Shown here in pieces: positions 15,865-27,281 of a stretch of 30,436 nt of DNA. Source of the stretch: Oculatellaceae cyanobacterium bins.114 (GTDB taxonomy: Bacteria > Cyanobacteriota > Cyanobacteriia > Elainellales > Elainellaceae). Where the stretch lies: positions 1 to 30,436 of the forward strand of contig JANRJA010000021.1 in NCBI GenBank assembly GCA_033764315.1, given 5' to 3'. Both the position numbers and the translations under genes were made by a program. Within the stretch, counting starts at the first letter, position 1. The number at the start of each line of letters is the position of its first letter. Below the pieces are notes generated by a model. That model did not search any database and was not told the origin of the DNA. It saw only the letters and a list, made by a program, of their open reading frames with translations.

Positions 15865-18800
15865 TCAACCTGTGGGGGTTCCAAATCCACCACCGCCTGG
15901 GGTTTCGATCGCAAAAATATCGCCTGGATGCATTTGCACTTCCGCTTTGCTGCTGAGAACTTCAATTGTGCCATCTCGACGAATGACCTGGTTGTATCCC
16001 ATTGCCCCAGGTGCACCGCCAGCCAAGCCAAAGGGTGGAATGACGCGATGACCAGATAAGATCGCTGCGTTCATCGCCTCTCGAAACTGAATACGGCGAA
16101 TGGCTCCATTACCCCCTTTATGTTGCCCCTGACCACCACTATGGGGACGAATGGCAAATTCTTGAACGAGTACTGGAAACCGCCACTCTAACACTTCTGG
16201 ATCCGTCAAGCGGGAGTTCGTCATATGGGTTTGGACGGCATCTGTTCCATCAAATGCTGCGCCTGCCCCGGAACCACCACAGATCGTTTCGTAATACTGA
16301 TATTTCTCGTTTCCAAAGGTGAAGTTGTTCATGGTGCCCTGTGCAGCCGCCATAATTCCCAACGCACCATACAAGGCATTGGCGATCGCTTGTGAGGTTT
16401 CGACATTGCCTGCGACCACCGCAGCAGGATAGCGTGGATTAAGTAGACAACCCTCTGGAATGATGATTTCCAGGGGTTTAAGACAACCGGCGTTGAGCGG
16501 AATGTCATCTTCAACTAATGTCCGAAATACATACAGCACAACAGCTTTGCAGATCGCTAGAGGAGCATTCAAATTGGTGGACTGCTGCGGTGAAGTGCCG
16601 GTGAAATCAACCCGAGCCGATCGCTGCTGATGGTCAATTGTAATTTGGACGCAAATCTCGCTGCCATCGTCCATTGCACAGCTAAAACTGCCATCGCTCA
16701 AGACATCGATCGCGCGTCGCACTGATTCTTCTGCATTGGCTTGAATATGCTGCATGTAGGCTTGCACGGTTGCTAACCCGTAATGATTAACCATGCGATG
16801 TAGCTCCTGCACACCCCTTTCATTAGCAGCAATCTGCGCGTGCAGATCAGCAAGATTCTGAGCCGAATTGCGAACTGGATGAGGATTATCAGTTAACAAT
16901 TTCAACAGCATGGCTTCCTGAAACTGGCCTTGCTTCACAATCTGAACGTTATCGAGCAAAACACCTTCTTGATCAATCGTGGTGCTGTAGGGCGGCATAG
17001 AACCCGGAGTAATGCCGCCAATATCAGCGTGGTGTCCGCGTGAGGCAACGTAAAACTGTGGTGTGCTGCTTTCTAGAAACACAGGTGTGATCACTGTGAT
17101 ATCAGGGAGATGGGTGCCGCCATTGTAAGGATTGTTGGAGATGTAAACATCTCCTGGTTTCATCTGGTTACCCTTGGCTTGCATGAGGCTACTCACACTT
17201 TCGCTCATCGACCCCAAATGCACCGGGATATGGGGTGCATTGGCAACCAGTTGCCCATCCTGGTCAAAAATAGCGCAAGAGAAATCAAGCCGTTCTTTAA
17301 TGTTGACTGAGTAGCTGGTGTTTTGCAGCGTCACCCCCATTTCCTCAGCGATCGCCCGGACTAAATTGTTGAAGATTTCCAGAAGAACGGGGTCAGGGGC
17401 GACGGTTAAAGACAGCAATGCGTTGAATTCACTCTCTTGTCTTACACTCTCATCTCTACTCAAAATTAAATGATTTTGGGGTGTTAATTCTGCATACCAT
17501 CCAGGCTCAATCACATTAGTTCCGGTCGGTTCAAGAATGAGCGCAGCCCCAATAATGCGATCGCCAGGTCTAAGGTCGTGGCGTTGATAAACAGGTGTAT
17601 TGTGCCAGTTACCTTTGGTATAGATCTGAATCGTTGCGATCGAGTTGAGGGGTGCCGCTCGACCAGATGTCAGAATCGGTTCTTGATGGGTACTAGTTTG
17701 TCCGACAATTTCCGCTGAAACAGCTTCTACAATCAGAACTTTATCTGGCATTGTAAACCCGTATCGCTGTTGATAGGCTTGCTCAAAATGTGTACGAAGA
17801 CTAACACAACGGTGGACATAATCTGTTACGTGTTCTCTTGCGTGATCCGTTGTAATTGTGGGATCACCATAATCGACGACAAGGGCAGAATCTGTACCTC
17901 CATAACGGAGATGCACTCTGAACAAAGTGTGAATTTGCGCCGCATCAATGCCTTGTTCAACCAGTTCAGTCTCTCCTTGCGCGGCGAGTACGCTCAGCAT
18001 TTGATCTAGCATGGGCACAACATCTGAAGCCAGTTCAACTTCGACCGCTTTTTCTTTGAGCGATCGCACATCTGCCAGACCGATACCATAAGCAGAAAGA
18101 ACTCCAGCATAGGGATGAATAAAAATTTGCTTCATTCCCAAGGCTTCGGCAATTAAACAGGCATGTTGTCCACCCGCACCGCCAAAACAGCACAGCGTAT
18201 ATTGGCTGACGTCATAACCCCGCTGAACCGAGATTTTCTTAATCGCATTTGCCATTTTGTCGATAGCGATTGAGATAAATCCTTCAGCGATTTGCTCTGG
18301 TGTACGCTCACTGCCTATCTTTGCAGAAATCTCGACGGCCAGTTGAGCAAACATTTGTTGCACAATTTCTGCGTCTAGAGGTAAGTTGCCCTCCGTCCCA
18401 AATACTGTCGGAAAGAAGGCGGCTTGCAGTTTGCCTACCATCACGTTGCAGTCTGTCACCGTCAAGGGGCCCCCCCGACGGTAGCAAGCAGGCCCCGGAT
18501 CGGCCCCTGCCGATTCTGGCCCTACCCGATAACGGTAACCGTCAAACGTGAGAATTGATCCACCGCCTGCGGCAACAGTGTGAATAGACATCATCGGTGC
18601 CCGGAGCCGAACGCCTGCCACTTCGGTTTCAAAGCTGCGTTCATATTCCCCATTGAAGTGAGACACGTCGGTTGAGGTGCCACCCATATCAAATCCAATA
18701 ATCTGATCAAATCCTGCCATTGTGCTGGTCTTGACAGCTCCCACAATACCACCTGCTGGCCCTGATAAAATACTGTCTTTGCCCTGAAAGCGATCGGCTT

Positions 18801-19611
18801 CAATCAATCCCCCGTTGGATTGCATAAACATCAGTTTAGGAGCTAAGGGCGTTGTAGCGGTGGCTTCCCTTCCTGCTAATGCAGTGGCTACTTGCTCCAC
18901 ATACCGTCGCAGAATGGGTGATAGATAGGCATCTACAACGGTTGTGTCTCCCCGACTGACAAGTTTCATCAACGGGCTTACCACATGGGAAACGGAAATT
19001 TGGGTGAAACCGATTTCACGCGCGATCGCCGCCATGTGTTGTTCATGCTGAGGGTAGCGATAGCCATGTAAAAACACGATCGCGCAAGCTCGAATACCAA
19101 CATCATAAGCCGATTGAAGAGATTGCATCAGGGTTTCATTGATCTGAATCGGAATTAATTGTTCTCCCTGAGCTGTATAGCGTTCTTCAACCTCAATCAC
19201 TTGCTCATAGAGCATTTCCGGTAATATGATGTGGCGTGCAAAAATGTCAGGACGATTTTGATACCCAATTCGCAGGGCATCGCGAAATCCTTTTGTAATG
19301 AGTAATAGGGTGCGATCGCCCTTTCGCTCTAACAGCGCGTTGGTTGCTACCGTTGTACCCATCTTTACGGCTGCAATTTGTTCTGTTGGAATGGGGGCAT
19401 CCACTGCAATGCCTAAAATCTCTCGAATCCCCTGAATGGCCGCATCCTGGTAGCGTTCTGGATTTTCAGACAGCAGTTTATGCACGACAATCTCACCATC
19501 AGGACGTGCTGCCACAATATCAGTAAAGGTGCCACCGCGATCGATCCAGAATTGCCAGCCGTATTGATTAGAACTAGCGATCGATAAGTTCTTTTCCTGA
19601 TCAAAACTCAT
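15865..19611 (-). CDS. oplAH: 5-oxoprolinase (ATP-hydrolysing), fused hydantoinase A/B type
   Basis: [80 protein letters not shown] at 19611 preferred over 19665. Confidence 0.93.
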   Translation of the reverse strand: MSFDQEKNLSIASSNQYGWQFWIDRGGTFTDIVAARPDGEIVVHKLLSENPERYQDAAIQGIREILGIAVDAPIPTEQIAAVKMGTTVATNALLERKGDRTLLLITKGFRDALRIGYQNRPDIFARHIILPEMLYEQVIEVEERYTAQGEQLIPIQINETLMQSLQSAYDVGIRACAIVFLHGYRYPQHEQHMAAIAREIGFTQISVSHVVSPLMKLVSRGDTTVVDAYLSPILRRYVEQVATALAGREATATTPLAPKLMFMQSNGGLIEADRFQGKDSILSGPAGGIVGAVKTSTMAGFDQIIGFDMGGTSTDVSHFNGEYERSFETEVAGVRLRAPMMSIHTVAAGGGSILTFDGYRYRVGPESAGADPGPACYRRGGPLTVTDCNVMVGKLQAAFFPTVFGTEGNLPLDAEIVQQMFAQLAVEISAKIGSERTPEQIAEGFISIAIDKMANAIKKISVQRGYDVSQYTLCCFGGAGGQHACLIAEALGMKQIFIHPYAGVLSAYGIGLADVRSLKEKAVEVELASDVVPMLDQMLSVLAAQGETELVEQGIDAAQIHTLFRVHLRYGGTDSALVVDYGDPTITTDHAREHVTDYVHRCVSLRTHFEQAYQQRYGFTMPDKVLIVEAVSAEIVGQTSTHQEPILTSGRAAPLNSIATIQIYTKGNWHNTPVYQRHDLRPGDRIIGAALILEPTGTNVIEPGWYAELTPQNHLILSRDESVRQESEFNALLSLTVAPDPVLLEIFNNLVRAIAEEMGVTLQNTSYSVNIKERLDFSCAIFDQDGQLVANAPHIPVHLGSMSESVSSLMQAKGNQMKPGDVYISNNPYNGGTHLPDITVITPVFLESSTPQFYVASRGHHADIGGITPGSMPPYSTTIDQEGVLLDNVQIVKQGQFQEAMLLKLLTDNPHPVRNSAQNLADLHAQIAANERGVQELHRMVNHYGLATVQAYMQHIQANAEESVRRAIDVLSDGSFSCAMDDGSEICVQITIDHQQRSARVDFTGTSPQQSTNLNAPLAICKAVVLYVFRTLVEDDIPLNAGCLKPLEIIIPEGCLLNPRYPAAVVAGNVETSQAIANALYGALGIMAAAQGTMNNFTFGNEKYQYYETICGGSGAGAAFDGTDAVQTHMTNSRLTDPEVLEWRFPVLVQEFAIRPHSGGQGQHKGGNGAIRRIQFREAMNAAILSGHRVIPPFGLAGGAPGAMGYNQVIRRDGTIEVLSSKAEVQMHPGDIFAIETPGGGGFGTPTG

Positions 19612-19948
19612 GGGTATTTCGCTCCATACAGATATACCAATATACAGTTGAGTGATTTTCATCACATGGAAGATTTAATAACAATCAAGTTGTGATCAAT
19701 TTGTTTAAGCAAAACTGCAAGTCAGTTTTAAGAGTCATCAGGGAATGTCCAAGAAAACATGAAAATAATGACTGTAATGATAAACAAAGGAGAAGAGGAG
19801 TTGAGTTAAAGTTCTTCTTCCGCCTTGGGAAAAAGATTGAGGGTGAGGGCTACAAATGTGAGATACTCTCTGGCAACCTACTTTATATGTTATAGAGTAA
19901 AACACCGCATATCAAAATATGGTGTGAGATATAGTTTGGAGCCTACTA

Positions 19949-20911
19949 ATGACCTTTCAGCATCTCAGTTCATTTGAGTTAAGGCAGATTTGCTACTTTA
20001 TAGCCGTGGTGCAGGCTGGAAATAATTTTAGTGAGGCAGCCATCCGCTTGGGGATCAAACAGCCTCCACTCAGCCAAAGTATTCAAGCCTTAGAAAAATT
20101 GTTGAGTGCTGACTCCAAAACACCCCATGTTAAACTGTTCGATCGCAGCAAACGACCCATTGAATTGACAGAAGCGGGACAGGTTTTTTTGAAAGAAGTA
20201 CAGCTTGCTTTAACCCATCTTGATCGGGCGATCGCCCAAGCGCGACAGGCAAGCCAGGGTCAAATTGGACACTTGATTATCGGATTAAATAATGCTGTGT
20301 CGAACAGTATTTTGCCAGAGGTGTTGAAAGAGTTTCAAAAGCAATTTCCTAGTGTGGAATTAGAACTGCGTGAGGTCAAAATTCAGCAGGAAATTCAAAT
20401 GCTTAAAAGTCGTGAATTAGACGTTGTATTTCAACGCTCCCCTAGCTTTGAGCAAAACGATCCAGATTTAAGATTTCAACCGATTCTACAGGAATACTTT
20501 GTCGTTGCTCTGCCAACCTCTCATACATTATCAGAGCAAAACCAGATTTCTTTGAAAGACCTGGAGAATGAGCCGTTGATCTTGCCATCTTTAGACGTAC
20601 TGCCCTTTTACGAAGAGGTCATTACACTATGTAGAAAAACAGGCTTTGAGCCTAAGATTATGTCTAACATCACCGTTACAGGAGTTGTTGCGCTTTTGAG
20701 TTTAGTAGCATCAGAAAAAGGTGTAGCCATTCTGCCCAATCACGTTCAAACTTTGAAGCGCGATGGCATTATCTATCGAGCTATTCAAGATACAAGGTTG
20801 ACTCGACAAACGGCTGCTGTTTGGCGACAAAGTGATTCATCGATCGTTCTACTCAATTTTTTAAATGTGATTCAAGAAAACATGGGTCTACCTCTTTTAG
20901 ATTCTTGGTAA
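19949..20911 (+). CDS. LysR-family transcriptional regulator, divergent from oxoprolinase
   Basis: ELRQICYF..NFSEAA.RLGIKQPPLSQSIQALE..LFDRSKRPIELTEAG HTH followed by a substrate-binding domain. Confidence 0.93.
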   Translation: MTFQHLSSFELRQICYFIAVVQAGNNFSEAAIRLGIKQPPLSQSIQALEKLLSADSKTPHVKLFDRSKRPIELTEAGQVFLKEVQLALTHLDRAIAQARQASQGQIGHLIIGLNNAVSNSILPEVLKEFQKQFPSVELELREVKIQQEIQMLKSRELDVVFQRSPSFEQNDPDLRFQPILQEYFVVALPTSHTLSEQNQISLKDLENEPLILPSLDVLPFYEEVITLCRKTGFEPKIMSNITVTGVVALLSLVASEKGVAILPNHVQTLKRDGIIYRAIQDTRLTRQTAAVWRQSDSSIVLLNFLNVIQENMGLPLLDSW

Positions 20912-21010
20912 AAAAATTGGTATCACTATTGTTGTTTCAACCGTCTTATTATTTTGAGTTAAATCTAATCAGGCCGTTGTAGCAATCTCTCAAGTAGATC
21001 TCAAGTAAAC

Positions 21011-21220
21011 TATAGCGATCCTAAATGATTCATGAAAAAGCACCATACATTAAGGCCTTTGGAAAACTGAAGAATTGACGGTGCGTGACTCGCTCAAATA
21101 AGCATTTCACCGCTGAGAAGGATTGACACAAATGGTAGAACTCTCTGATGAACCGTTTTGCCTGGAGCCAAACGTCTTCAACGGGATTTTGTCGGGGGTC
21201 ATTGGGGGCAAAGCGATCGC
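21011..21220 (-). pseudogene. IS630-family transposase C-terminal remnant with terminal sequence
   Basis: FAPNDPRQNPVEDVWLQAK resembles the IS630 P..NP.E..W catalytic-Glu motif. TATAGCGATCCTAAATGATT at 21011 resembles cyanobacterial IS630 ends with a TA target. Confidence 0.7.
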
Positions 21221-21552
21221 CATCCATCCTCCATTGCTTTAAGCGATCGCCCCTTTTCTAGCTGAGAAGATAAGGTGGTTTCAGTTTCACCTGTTGTGGA
21301 GTATGCGGCTTCGCTTGTACTGCAAGGGTCGCCATAGGTGTAAGCGATCGCTTTTCACACTCTCAATCGAACCAAAAAGTCAGTTGTAGCAATGATGTCT
21401 GCTCCACAATTCTCAATAGACGGCGATGAGGTACAGTGTCGGAGCGATCGCCTCTAAAACAGTAGCTTTCAAATAACTTCTTCAAAAATTAAACCCTTTA
21501 AGTAGTTATCTTCCACGCATTGTTTAAACTCTTGCGTAACTTGACTTCAAGT

Positions 21553-22611
21553 TCACTCAAGTTTGCTAAGAAGAGCAATGAGTTCCACATCCTCACTTTG
21601 TCTTGCCCAAAATAATGCGTCGTGTCCTTCAGCATCTTGAATGGTACGATTAGCATGATGATGAAGTAGCACTTTTACTGTTTCTAAACGATTGATTCGA
21701 TCAGCGTCCATATAAGCACGAGCGAGGGATGCAGAAATTAAGGGAGTCGAACCGAAATCGTCTTTTGTGTTCACATCAGCACCGGCTATTAGAAGAGCCT
21801 TCACCGCCTGACAACATCTTTGTCCAGCGGCCACTATAAGAGCTGTCTGCCCATCTCTACCTTTGAATTCTAAATTAGCTCCTAAACTGATTAGAGTTTC
21901 AATAGCTTCCACTTGATTTCGGAAAGCAGATGTCATGAGTAACGACCACCCTTCATTATCTACTGCATCGACGCTCAATCCCTGCCCTATAAGCTGTCGT
22001 ATTTTTTCAACTTGTCCCTGCCTGATTGCTTGCTCATACAATTCAAGTAGGACGGTCTGCTGAGTTCCTGAGGCTTGGCTATCTGAAGGAATGCGAGTAG
22101 CCAGGTAATTAATAATTTCAGTATTGCCTGTCTGTGCTGCTGTTTGAAGAATGGTTTCGGCATCCTCTCCCAAAGCAGCCATGCTTGTACTCGCTTCAAT
22201 CAATAACTGAATCATGTTTAGATTTTCGCGCTCGACGGCAGCAACCAGAGGAGTCACTCCGTCGTCTTCTTCAAATTCTAAGTCTGCACCCGCTTCAATC
22301 AGCAGTTTTGCAATATCAATGTATCCAGTTTTGACCGCGATCAACAGTGGAGATGCGTTCTCGCTGTAATCGACAGGAACACCGATATCGAGTAACAGGC
22401 GAACCATATCAATATCGTTTTGCTCAACAGCTATGCCTAGAGCTGAATTACCCGAATCATCAACCTGCAAAATATCTTCACCCAATTCAATTAATCGGCG
22501 CACTTCCTCTAAATTTCCTCTTTGAATAGCTTGGTGTAACGAGGGAAGAGACACATCTTGTTCATCTAGCATGAATACCTCCTCAGCATTGGGTATGGTG
22601 CTGTTGAGCAA
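21553..22611 (-). CDS. Ankyrin repeat protein
   Basis: About eight to nine repeats of G.TPL..A...G..E.V.LL...GAD type in two blocks. Confidence 0.9.
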   Translation of the reverse strand: MLNSTIPNAEEVFMLDEQDVSLPSLHQAIQRGNLEEVRRLIELGEDILQVDDSGNSALGIAVEQNDIDMVRLLLDIGVPVDYSENASPLLIAVKTGYIDIAKLLIEAGADLEFEEDDGVTPLVAAVERENLNMIQLLIEASTSMAALGEDAETILQTAAQTGNTEIINYLATRIPSDSQASGTQQTVLLELYEQAIRQGQVEKIRQLIGQGLSVDAVDNEGWSLLMTSAFRNQVEAIETLISLGANLEFKGRDGQTALIVAAGQRCCQAVKALLIAGADVNTKDDFGSTPLISASLARAYMDADRINRLETVKVLLHHHANRTIQDAEGHDALFWARQSEDVELIALLSKLE

Positions 22612-22695
22612 TTACATGACAAAACTCATTGAGTTATGCCTGCTATAAGGGTATAAAGTTTTGAGTGTAACTGGTAAGTTTCGGACGATTTCCCT

Positions 22696-24336
22696 ATGGC
22701 ATGGTTTGGCTTCTCTCGGCGGTGGTGGCGGCTCTTGCTGCAAGGTGTTACCCTTTTTAGCATCTGTTTAGCATTAATTGTGGGGTGTGGTGCGCCACAG
22801 TCCAGCACGGATGGTAGTCCAGCGGCAGATGAAGGTGGACGGATCACAATCGGCACCACTCAAAAAGTAGACACCCTTGATCCGGCAGATGCTTACACCA
22901 TCTTTACAGGCATCTTGCTCTATAACATGGGCGATCGCCTCTATACCTACAAGCCAGGAAGCACAGAACTGGTTCCACAACTGGCAACCGAGATGCCCAA
23001 TGTTAGTGACGATGGGTTAACCTACACCATTCCCCTACGAGAAGGGGTAAAGTTGCACGACGGCACCGACTTTAACGCCAAAGTAATGAAATTTTCCATC
23101 GATCGCTTCATTCAAAATGGTGGAGACCCTGCTTTTTTGTTGGCAGACCTGGTGAATTCGGTAGAAGCAACTAGCGACTACGAACTGACGATGAAAATCA
23201 AATATCCTTTCGCAGCGTTTCCCGCGATTCTCTCGTTTTGGGGAGTTACGCCTGTCTCGCCTGATGCGTATGAAATTGGGGAAGGCAGCTTCAAGCCTGA
23301 ATCGTTTATTGGCACAGGTCCCTATAAGTTTGCTTCCCTCTCTCCTGACTCGATTCGCCTGGATGTGAACGAAGAGTATTGGGGCGACAAACCTGCGAAT
23401 GACGGTATTGACATTCAACTCTATGCCAGCCCTGCCAACTTGTATAACACCTTCCGCACAGGGGGATTGGACGTAGCCTATCAAACCCTTGACCCAGACC
23501 AAATCGCCAGTTTAGAACGGGAAGCAAGTTCTGGTGGCTGGAAAGTGCTTGAAGCAGGAACCACTGTGGTGAACTACTTGACCCTAAATCAGAAACTTGA
23601 CCCGACCAAGGAACTGAATGTGCGAAAGGCGATCGCCGCTATGATCGATCGCAACTTAATTAACGAGCGCGTCTTTCAGGGGCAGGCAGAACCACTCTAC
23701 AGCATGCTTCCTACCAGCTTCGACATCTACAAACCTGTATTTAAAGAAGCCTATGGCGATGGCGATTTTGAAAAAGCCAAAGGGTTTCTAACAGAGGCAG
23801 GCTATTCTGAGTCGAACCCACTCACCTTTGAAGTCTGGTATCCCTCGGCTTCGACACAGCGTAGCATTGTTGCCAACACCCTCAAGGAATCCATTGAAAA
23901 GGCTCTTCCTGGGCTAGTCACCGTTGCGGTTAATAGTGCCGAGCGTGCCACCCTGTCAGAAGGGGTTGACAACGGGCTTTATCAAACCGTCCTGCTCAAC
24001 TGGTATCCCGACTTTTATGACCCTGACAACTTTATTCAGCCTTTTGTGACGTGCGATCAAGGCTCACCTGAAACCCTGTGTGAAAAAGGGGCTAGTCAGG
24101 GTAATGGCTCGTTTTATTACAGCCTGGAAGCCAATAATTTAGTGAAACAGCAACGAGCCGAGCAAGATACAGAAGCCCGAAATGCTATTTTTGATAAGTT
24201 GCAAACGATGGTGGCAGACAATGTCACTTACATTCCGCTGTGGCAAAACAAAGATTACGTCTTTGTCAAAAATGGAGTTGAAGGGGTGGCGATCGAACCA
24301 ACCCAACAGTTCTTGTTGTGGCAAATTCAGAAGTGA
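22696..24336 (+). CDS. ABC transporter substrate-binding lipoprotein, family 5 (peptide/nickel)
   Basis: Lipobox LIVGC, TLDPA, PQLATEMP.VSDDGLTYTIPLREGV..HDGT, IGTGPY, VRKAIAAMIDR. Confidence 0.93.
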   Translation: MAWFGFSRRWWRLLLQGVTLFSICLALIVGCGAPQSSTDGSPAADEGGRITIGTTQKVDTLDPADAYTIFTGILLYNMGDRLYTYKPGSTELVPQLATEMPNVSDDGLTYTIPLREGVKLHDGTDFNAKVMKFSIDRFIQNGGDPAFLLADLVNSVEATSDYELTMKIKYPFAAFPAILSFWGVTPVSPDAYEIGEGSFKPESFIGTGPYKFASLSPDSIRLDVNEEYWGDKPANDGIDIQLYASPANLYNTFRTGGLDVAYQTLDPDQIASLEREASSGGWKVLEAGTTVVNYLTLNQKLDPTKELNVRKAIAAMIDRNLINERVFQGQAEPLYSMLPTSFDIYKPVFKEAYGDGDFEKAKGFLTEAGYSESNPLTFEVWYPSASTQRSIVANTLKESIEKALPGLVTVAVNSAERATLSEGVDNGLYQTVLLNWYPDFYDPDNFIQPFVTCDQGSPETLCEKGASQGNGSFYYSLEANNLVKQQRAEQDTEARNAIFDKLQTMVADNVTYIPLWQNKDYVFVKNGVEGVAIEPTQQFLLWQIQK

Positions 24337-24469
24337 GAGAGCGAGGGAGTCATGAAGTGAGTTTTGAATTCCTAGTGTTGAGTGCTGAGTGAGAGGATTT
24401 AACTCAAAACCCAAAACTCCATCACCCCACATCCCAATCACTGCCTCTTATCTTTCACTGAGGTAAACC

Positions 24470-24856
24470 ATGCAAACTGCTGGCGTTCATCACATTGCGA
24501 TTATCTGCTCCGATTACGATCGCTCTAAGCACTTCTATGTTGATGTGTTGGGTTTCACCGTCATTCGAGAGGTCTATCGCGAGGCACGACAATCTTACAA
24601 GCTCGATCTTCAAGTCAGTAACCATACTCAACTTGAGCTGTTCTCCTTTCCTAACCCGCCCCAACGGGTACAGTTTCCAGAAGCTTGTGGGTTACGACAT
24701 CTCGCCTTTGTCGTGCCCAATTTAGATGAGGCGATCGCTGACCTTGCTGCCAAAGGTGTTGAGGTAGAACCCATTCGCATTGATGAGTTTACCAACAAGC
24801 GGTTTACCTTCTTTAAAGACCCAGACAACCTGCCCCTAGAGCTATACGAACTTTAG
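24470..24856 (+). CDS. yaeR: VOC/glyoxalase family protein (YaeR-like)
   Basis: HHIAIICSDY.RSK.FY, SYKLDL, PEACGLRHLAF, FFKDPD.LPLELYE. GAGG RBS. Confidence 0.88.
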   Translation: MQTAGVHHIAIICSDYDRSKHFYVDVLGFTVIREVYREARQSYKLDLQVSNHTQLELFSFPNPPQRVQFPEACGLRHLAFVVPNLDEAIADLAAKGVEVEPIRIDEFTNKRFTFFKDPDNLPLELYEL

Positions 24857-24942
24857 AGAATCTCTACCAGAAGCCAGATTCAAGAGTGACCTGCCCAGTT
24901 AGACAATGAAGACCGAATTCTTCTGCAAAGTGAAAATTAGAC

Positions 24943-25959
24943 GTGGCAGGCACTCCTTCGGCGATCGCACACTACTTAAATCAGGTTCATGAAACCGAGT
25001 CGGCACTGCCCCTTAAAAACGAAGCCTGCCGCTCTAAATTTTGGGTGCATCCCCGGGTGACTCCCAAAGTTTTTCTCTTTTTACATGGGTTCACAGCCGC
25101 GCCCTATCAGTTTGAACCGATTGGTAAAGCTTTTTTTAATGCTGGCTGTAATGTGTTGGTGCCTTTACAGCCCGGTCATGGTCAGGCAGGGGAGTGGAGC
25201 CGCCATAATCCGCCACCCCTGCCCTGTGACATTAAGACTTATCAGCAATTTGTGCTGAAATGGCTAGAGATTGCCCAGACATTGGGGCAACAAGTGATAG
25301 TGGGTGGACTATCAACCGGGGGAACCTTGGCCGCCTGGTTAGCCTTAAATTATCCTCAACGCGTCGATCGGGTATTGTTGTTTACCCCTTTTCTAGGGAG
25401 CCGATATCGCCTCTTTGATTGGCTAATTCACTGGTTGCCCATCTATTTTGAGTGGTTTAACAAAGATGCATCCGGCAATTTTGGTTATAAAGGCTTTTAT
25501 GTACCTGCCTTACGAATTTTTTTGCAACTTGCAAAGGATGTTGCCAAGCAAAGCTGTGTCAGCACAAGTCCACCAATGTTAATGGTGTGTAGCGAGGGCG
25601 ATCGCGCTGTGAACCGGGCAAAACAACAGGCATTGTTTCAAGCGGTTGTATCGCGCCAACCCAAGTCCTGGTATTACTGTTTCGATGACTCGTTGCACAT
25701 CGAACATCGCATGATGACCAAGCTAGAAGACAATGACTACGAAGATTTAGTCATCACATTGGCAAGAGCCTATGTAGAGAGCGATTTAACCTGGATGCAG
25801 TTTCAACAACTGGCTCATCAGGTTACACAACCTGGCTCTGAAGCTGAGATCTCCTATTTGTTGAATCTTGATGCCCAACTCGCTACTAATTTACGGGCAA
25901 TGATGACTCAAGCTTTGGGGTGTGATCAGCTTGAATGCATCAGCCCATCTGATCAATAG
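24943..25959 (+). CDS. Alpha/beta hydrolase (esterase/lipase-like)
   Basis: FLHGFT oxyanion motif, PGHG, GLSTGG nucleophile elbow, candidate catalytic Asp (GDRAV) and His (IEH). Confidence 0.85.
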   Translation: MAGTPSAIAHYLNQVHETESALPLKNEACRSKFWVHPRVTPKVFLFLHGFTAAPYQFEPIGKAFFNAGCNVLVPLQPGHGQAGEWSRHNPPPLPCDIKTYQQFVLKWLEIAQTLGQQVIVGGLSTGGTLAAWLALNYPQRVDRVLLFTPFLGSRYRLFDWLIHWLPIYFEWFNKDASGNFGYKGFYVPALRIFLQLAKDVAKQSCVSTSPPMLMVCSEGDRAVNRAKQQALFQAVVSRQPKSWYYCFDDSLHIEHRMMTKLEDNDYEDLVITLARAYVESDLTWMQFQQLAHQVTQPGSEAEISYLLNLDAQLATNLRAMMTQALGCDQLECISPSDQ

Positions 25960-26006
25960 CTCTATTAATCACTTAGTAGATGAGTTGAAGCAGATAAAAC
26001 AATCAA

Positions 26007-26210
26007 TCAAACTCTAGCCAACACCTGCTTAGAAACAGGGAGAGTCGATCGAGATAGTGATGAAACTATGCCTAAAGGAGGTTGAATAGTCATCTCTAAA
26101 TCTTCCTCAAAGGAAGGCATAGATTGCCAACAATTCCGACAAAACCAATAGACTTGGTGATGTTGGATATGGCGTAGCATTAAATTTGAACAGCAAGGAC
26201 AGGTATTCAT
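26007..26210 (-). CDS. Small zinc-ribbon protein (cyanobacterial CPCCS..LRH..WFC..C.Q.MP type)
   Basis: Two CxxC pairs: CPCC and CRNC. Confidence 0.75.
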   Translation of the reverse strand: MNTCPCCSNLMLRHIQHHQVYWFCRNCWQSMPSFEEDLEMTIQPPLGIVSSLSRSTLPVSKQVLARV

Positions 26211-26541
26211 AACGTTTTAAAAGGGTAGTTGAAATAAAGCGATAAAGAGTTTTTTGCAGAAAAATCGTGTAAGTTATATGTTGAATTTCCGTATATTCAA
26301 CAGGTCAACACTATGAGTTTAAAAGTAAAACACAAATAAGTTATAGAGATGTCAGTAAAACTGCAAGAAAAGCAATGACTCGCAAATTCTAAGCGAGTGC
26401 CGACTAAAGTTAAAAATTAAAAAATCAGATTTTGTCTCTACTTTGAAATCGCCTTTGGATATGGCTCAAGGGGTCAACACACAGAAAGCCAAAGGAATAA
26501 ATGTTACGACCTTGTAAAGTATAGCAAGATTAAGCAACATA

Positions 26542-26841
26542 ATGCCTAACAAAACGACATACTGGCGATCGCTCAGTCTTGTTTTTCTAATGAGTGGCTT
26601 ACTTGGACTCACCAATGCTTATAAAGCTAATGCTTTACCTGGTCATTCTTTGGGGTTAGCATCTGCTTTTATCTATGGTGTAGCTTTCTTCGTCGGATTT
26701 CAGGCATCTCGTACTGCCCTTTATGGATTAGAGCAAAGGTTGAGTCAAGGAGTCGCCTTTGTGAGCTTCGCTGCGATCGTTGGAACAGGCTATGGAGTTG
26801 GGTTTGCTAGTCTAAATCTGATTACAGCAATTTTTAGGTAA
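26542..26841 (+). CDS. Hypothetical small membrane protein (about 3 TMs)
   Basis: ATG-initiated 99-aa ORF with three hydrophobic segments in an otherwise empty interval. Confidence 0.6.
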   Translation: MPNKTTYWRSLSLVFLMSGLLGLTNAYKANALPGHSLGLASAFIYGVAFFVGFQASRTALYGLEQRLSQGVAFVSFAAIVGTGYGVGFASLNLITAIFR

Positions 26842-26934
26842 TAAACCTTTCATGGCTGCCGATTTTCAAAGTTTTCAATGGTGCAGGCTTTAGAGAGCAA
26901 CCCACATGGCAAAGGCTCACCTTTTATACAGACA

Positions 26935-27044
26935 CGCGATGTGCAACTTAGAAGTTTAGATCCCCGGTTGCTCGTTCAGCATCCTCCAAGTAGTCTGATT
27001 TGCATTACAGCAACCGGGGATTTGGGGAAAGTCGCACACGGGGT
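26935..27044. mobile_element. ~110 bp MITE/REP-like dispersed repeat, copy 2, with 8-bp flanking direct repeat
   Basis: Homologous to 245-356. Internal IR ATCCCCGGTTGCT / AGCAACCGGGGAT. TACAGACA at 26927-26934 and 27045-27052. Confidence 0.7.
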
Positions 27045-27114
27045 TACAGACAGCAACTAATATCCATCTAAACAGTGAACCCTTTACGTTGCACTTGAAC
27101 CCACTGCGGCTTGA

Positions 27115-27142
27115 CGGCTCGACTGAACTTCGCCGAATGTCC
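27115..27142 (-). repeat. 28-bp small dispersed repeat, copy B
   Basis: Reverse complement is GGACATTCGGCGAAGTTCAGTCGAGCCG, matching 14358-14385 at 25/28. Confidence 0.75.
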
Positions 27143-27281
27143 TACGGCACCTCTCCTTGCCAAGGGAAGGTTGGGAGGGGTCGCACTTGCACCATCTACA
27201 CTACTTTCAAATCAAATCGCCAGTTCTGTAACCAAGATGTGTCGCAATCATTGTTATAGAACAGAGTTATAGAACAGAGCC

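Noticed and set aside
19692..19895. 67-aa ORF between oxoprolinase and LysR
   Set aside because: Lies in the divergent promoter region with a non-ATG start and no motif.
26878..27060. 60-aa ORF
   Set aside because: Spans the MITE-like element.
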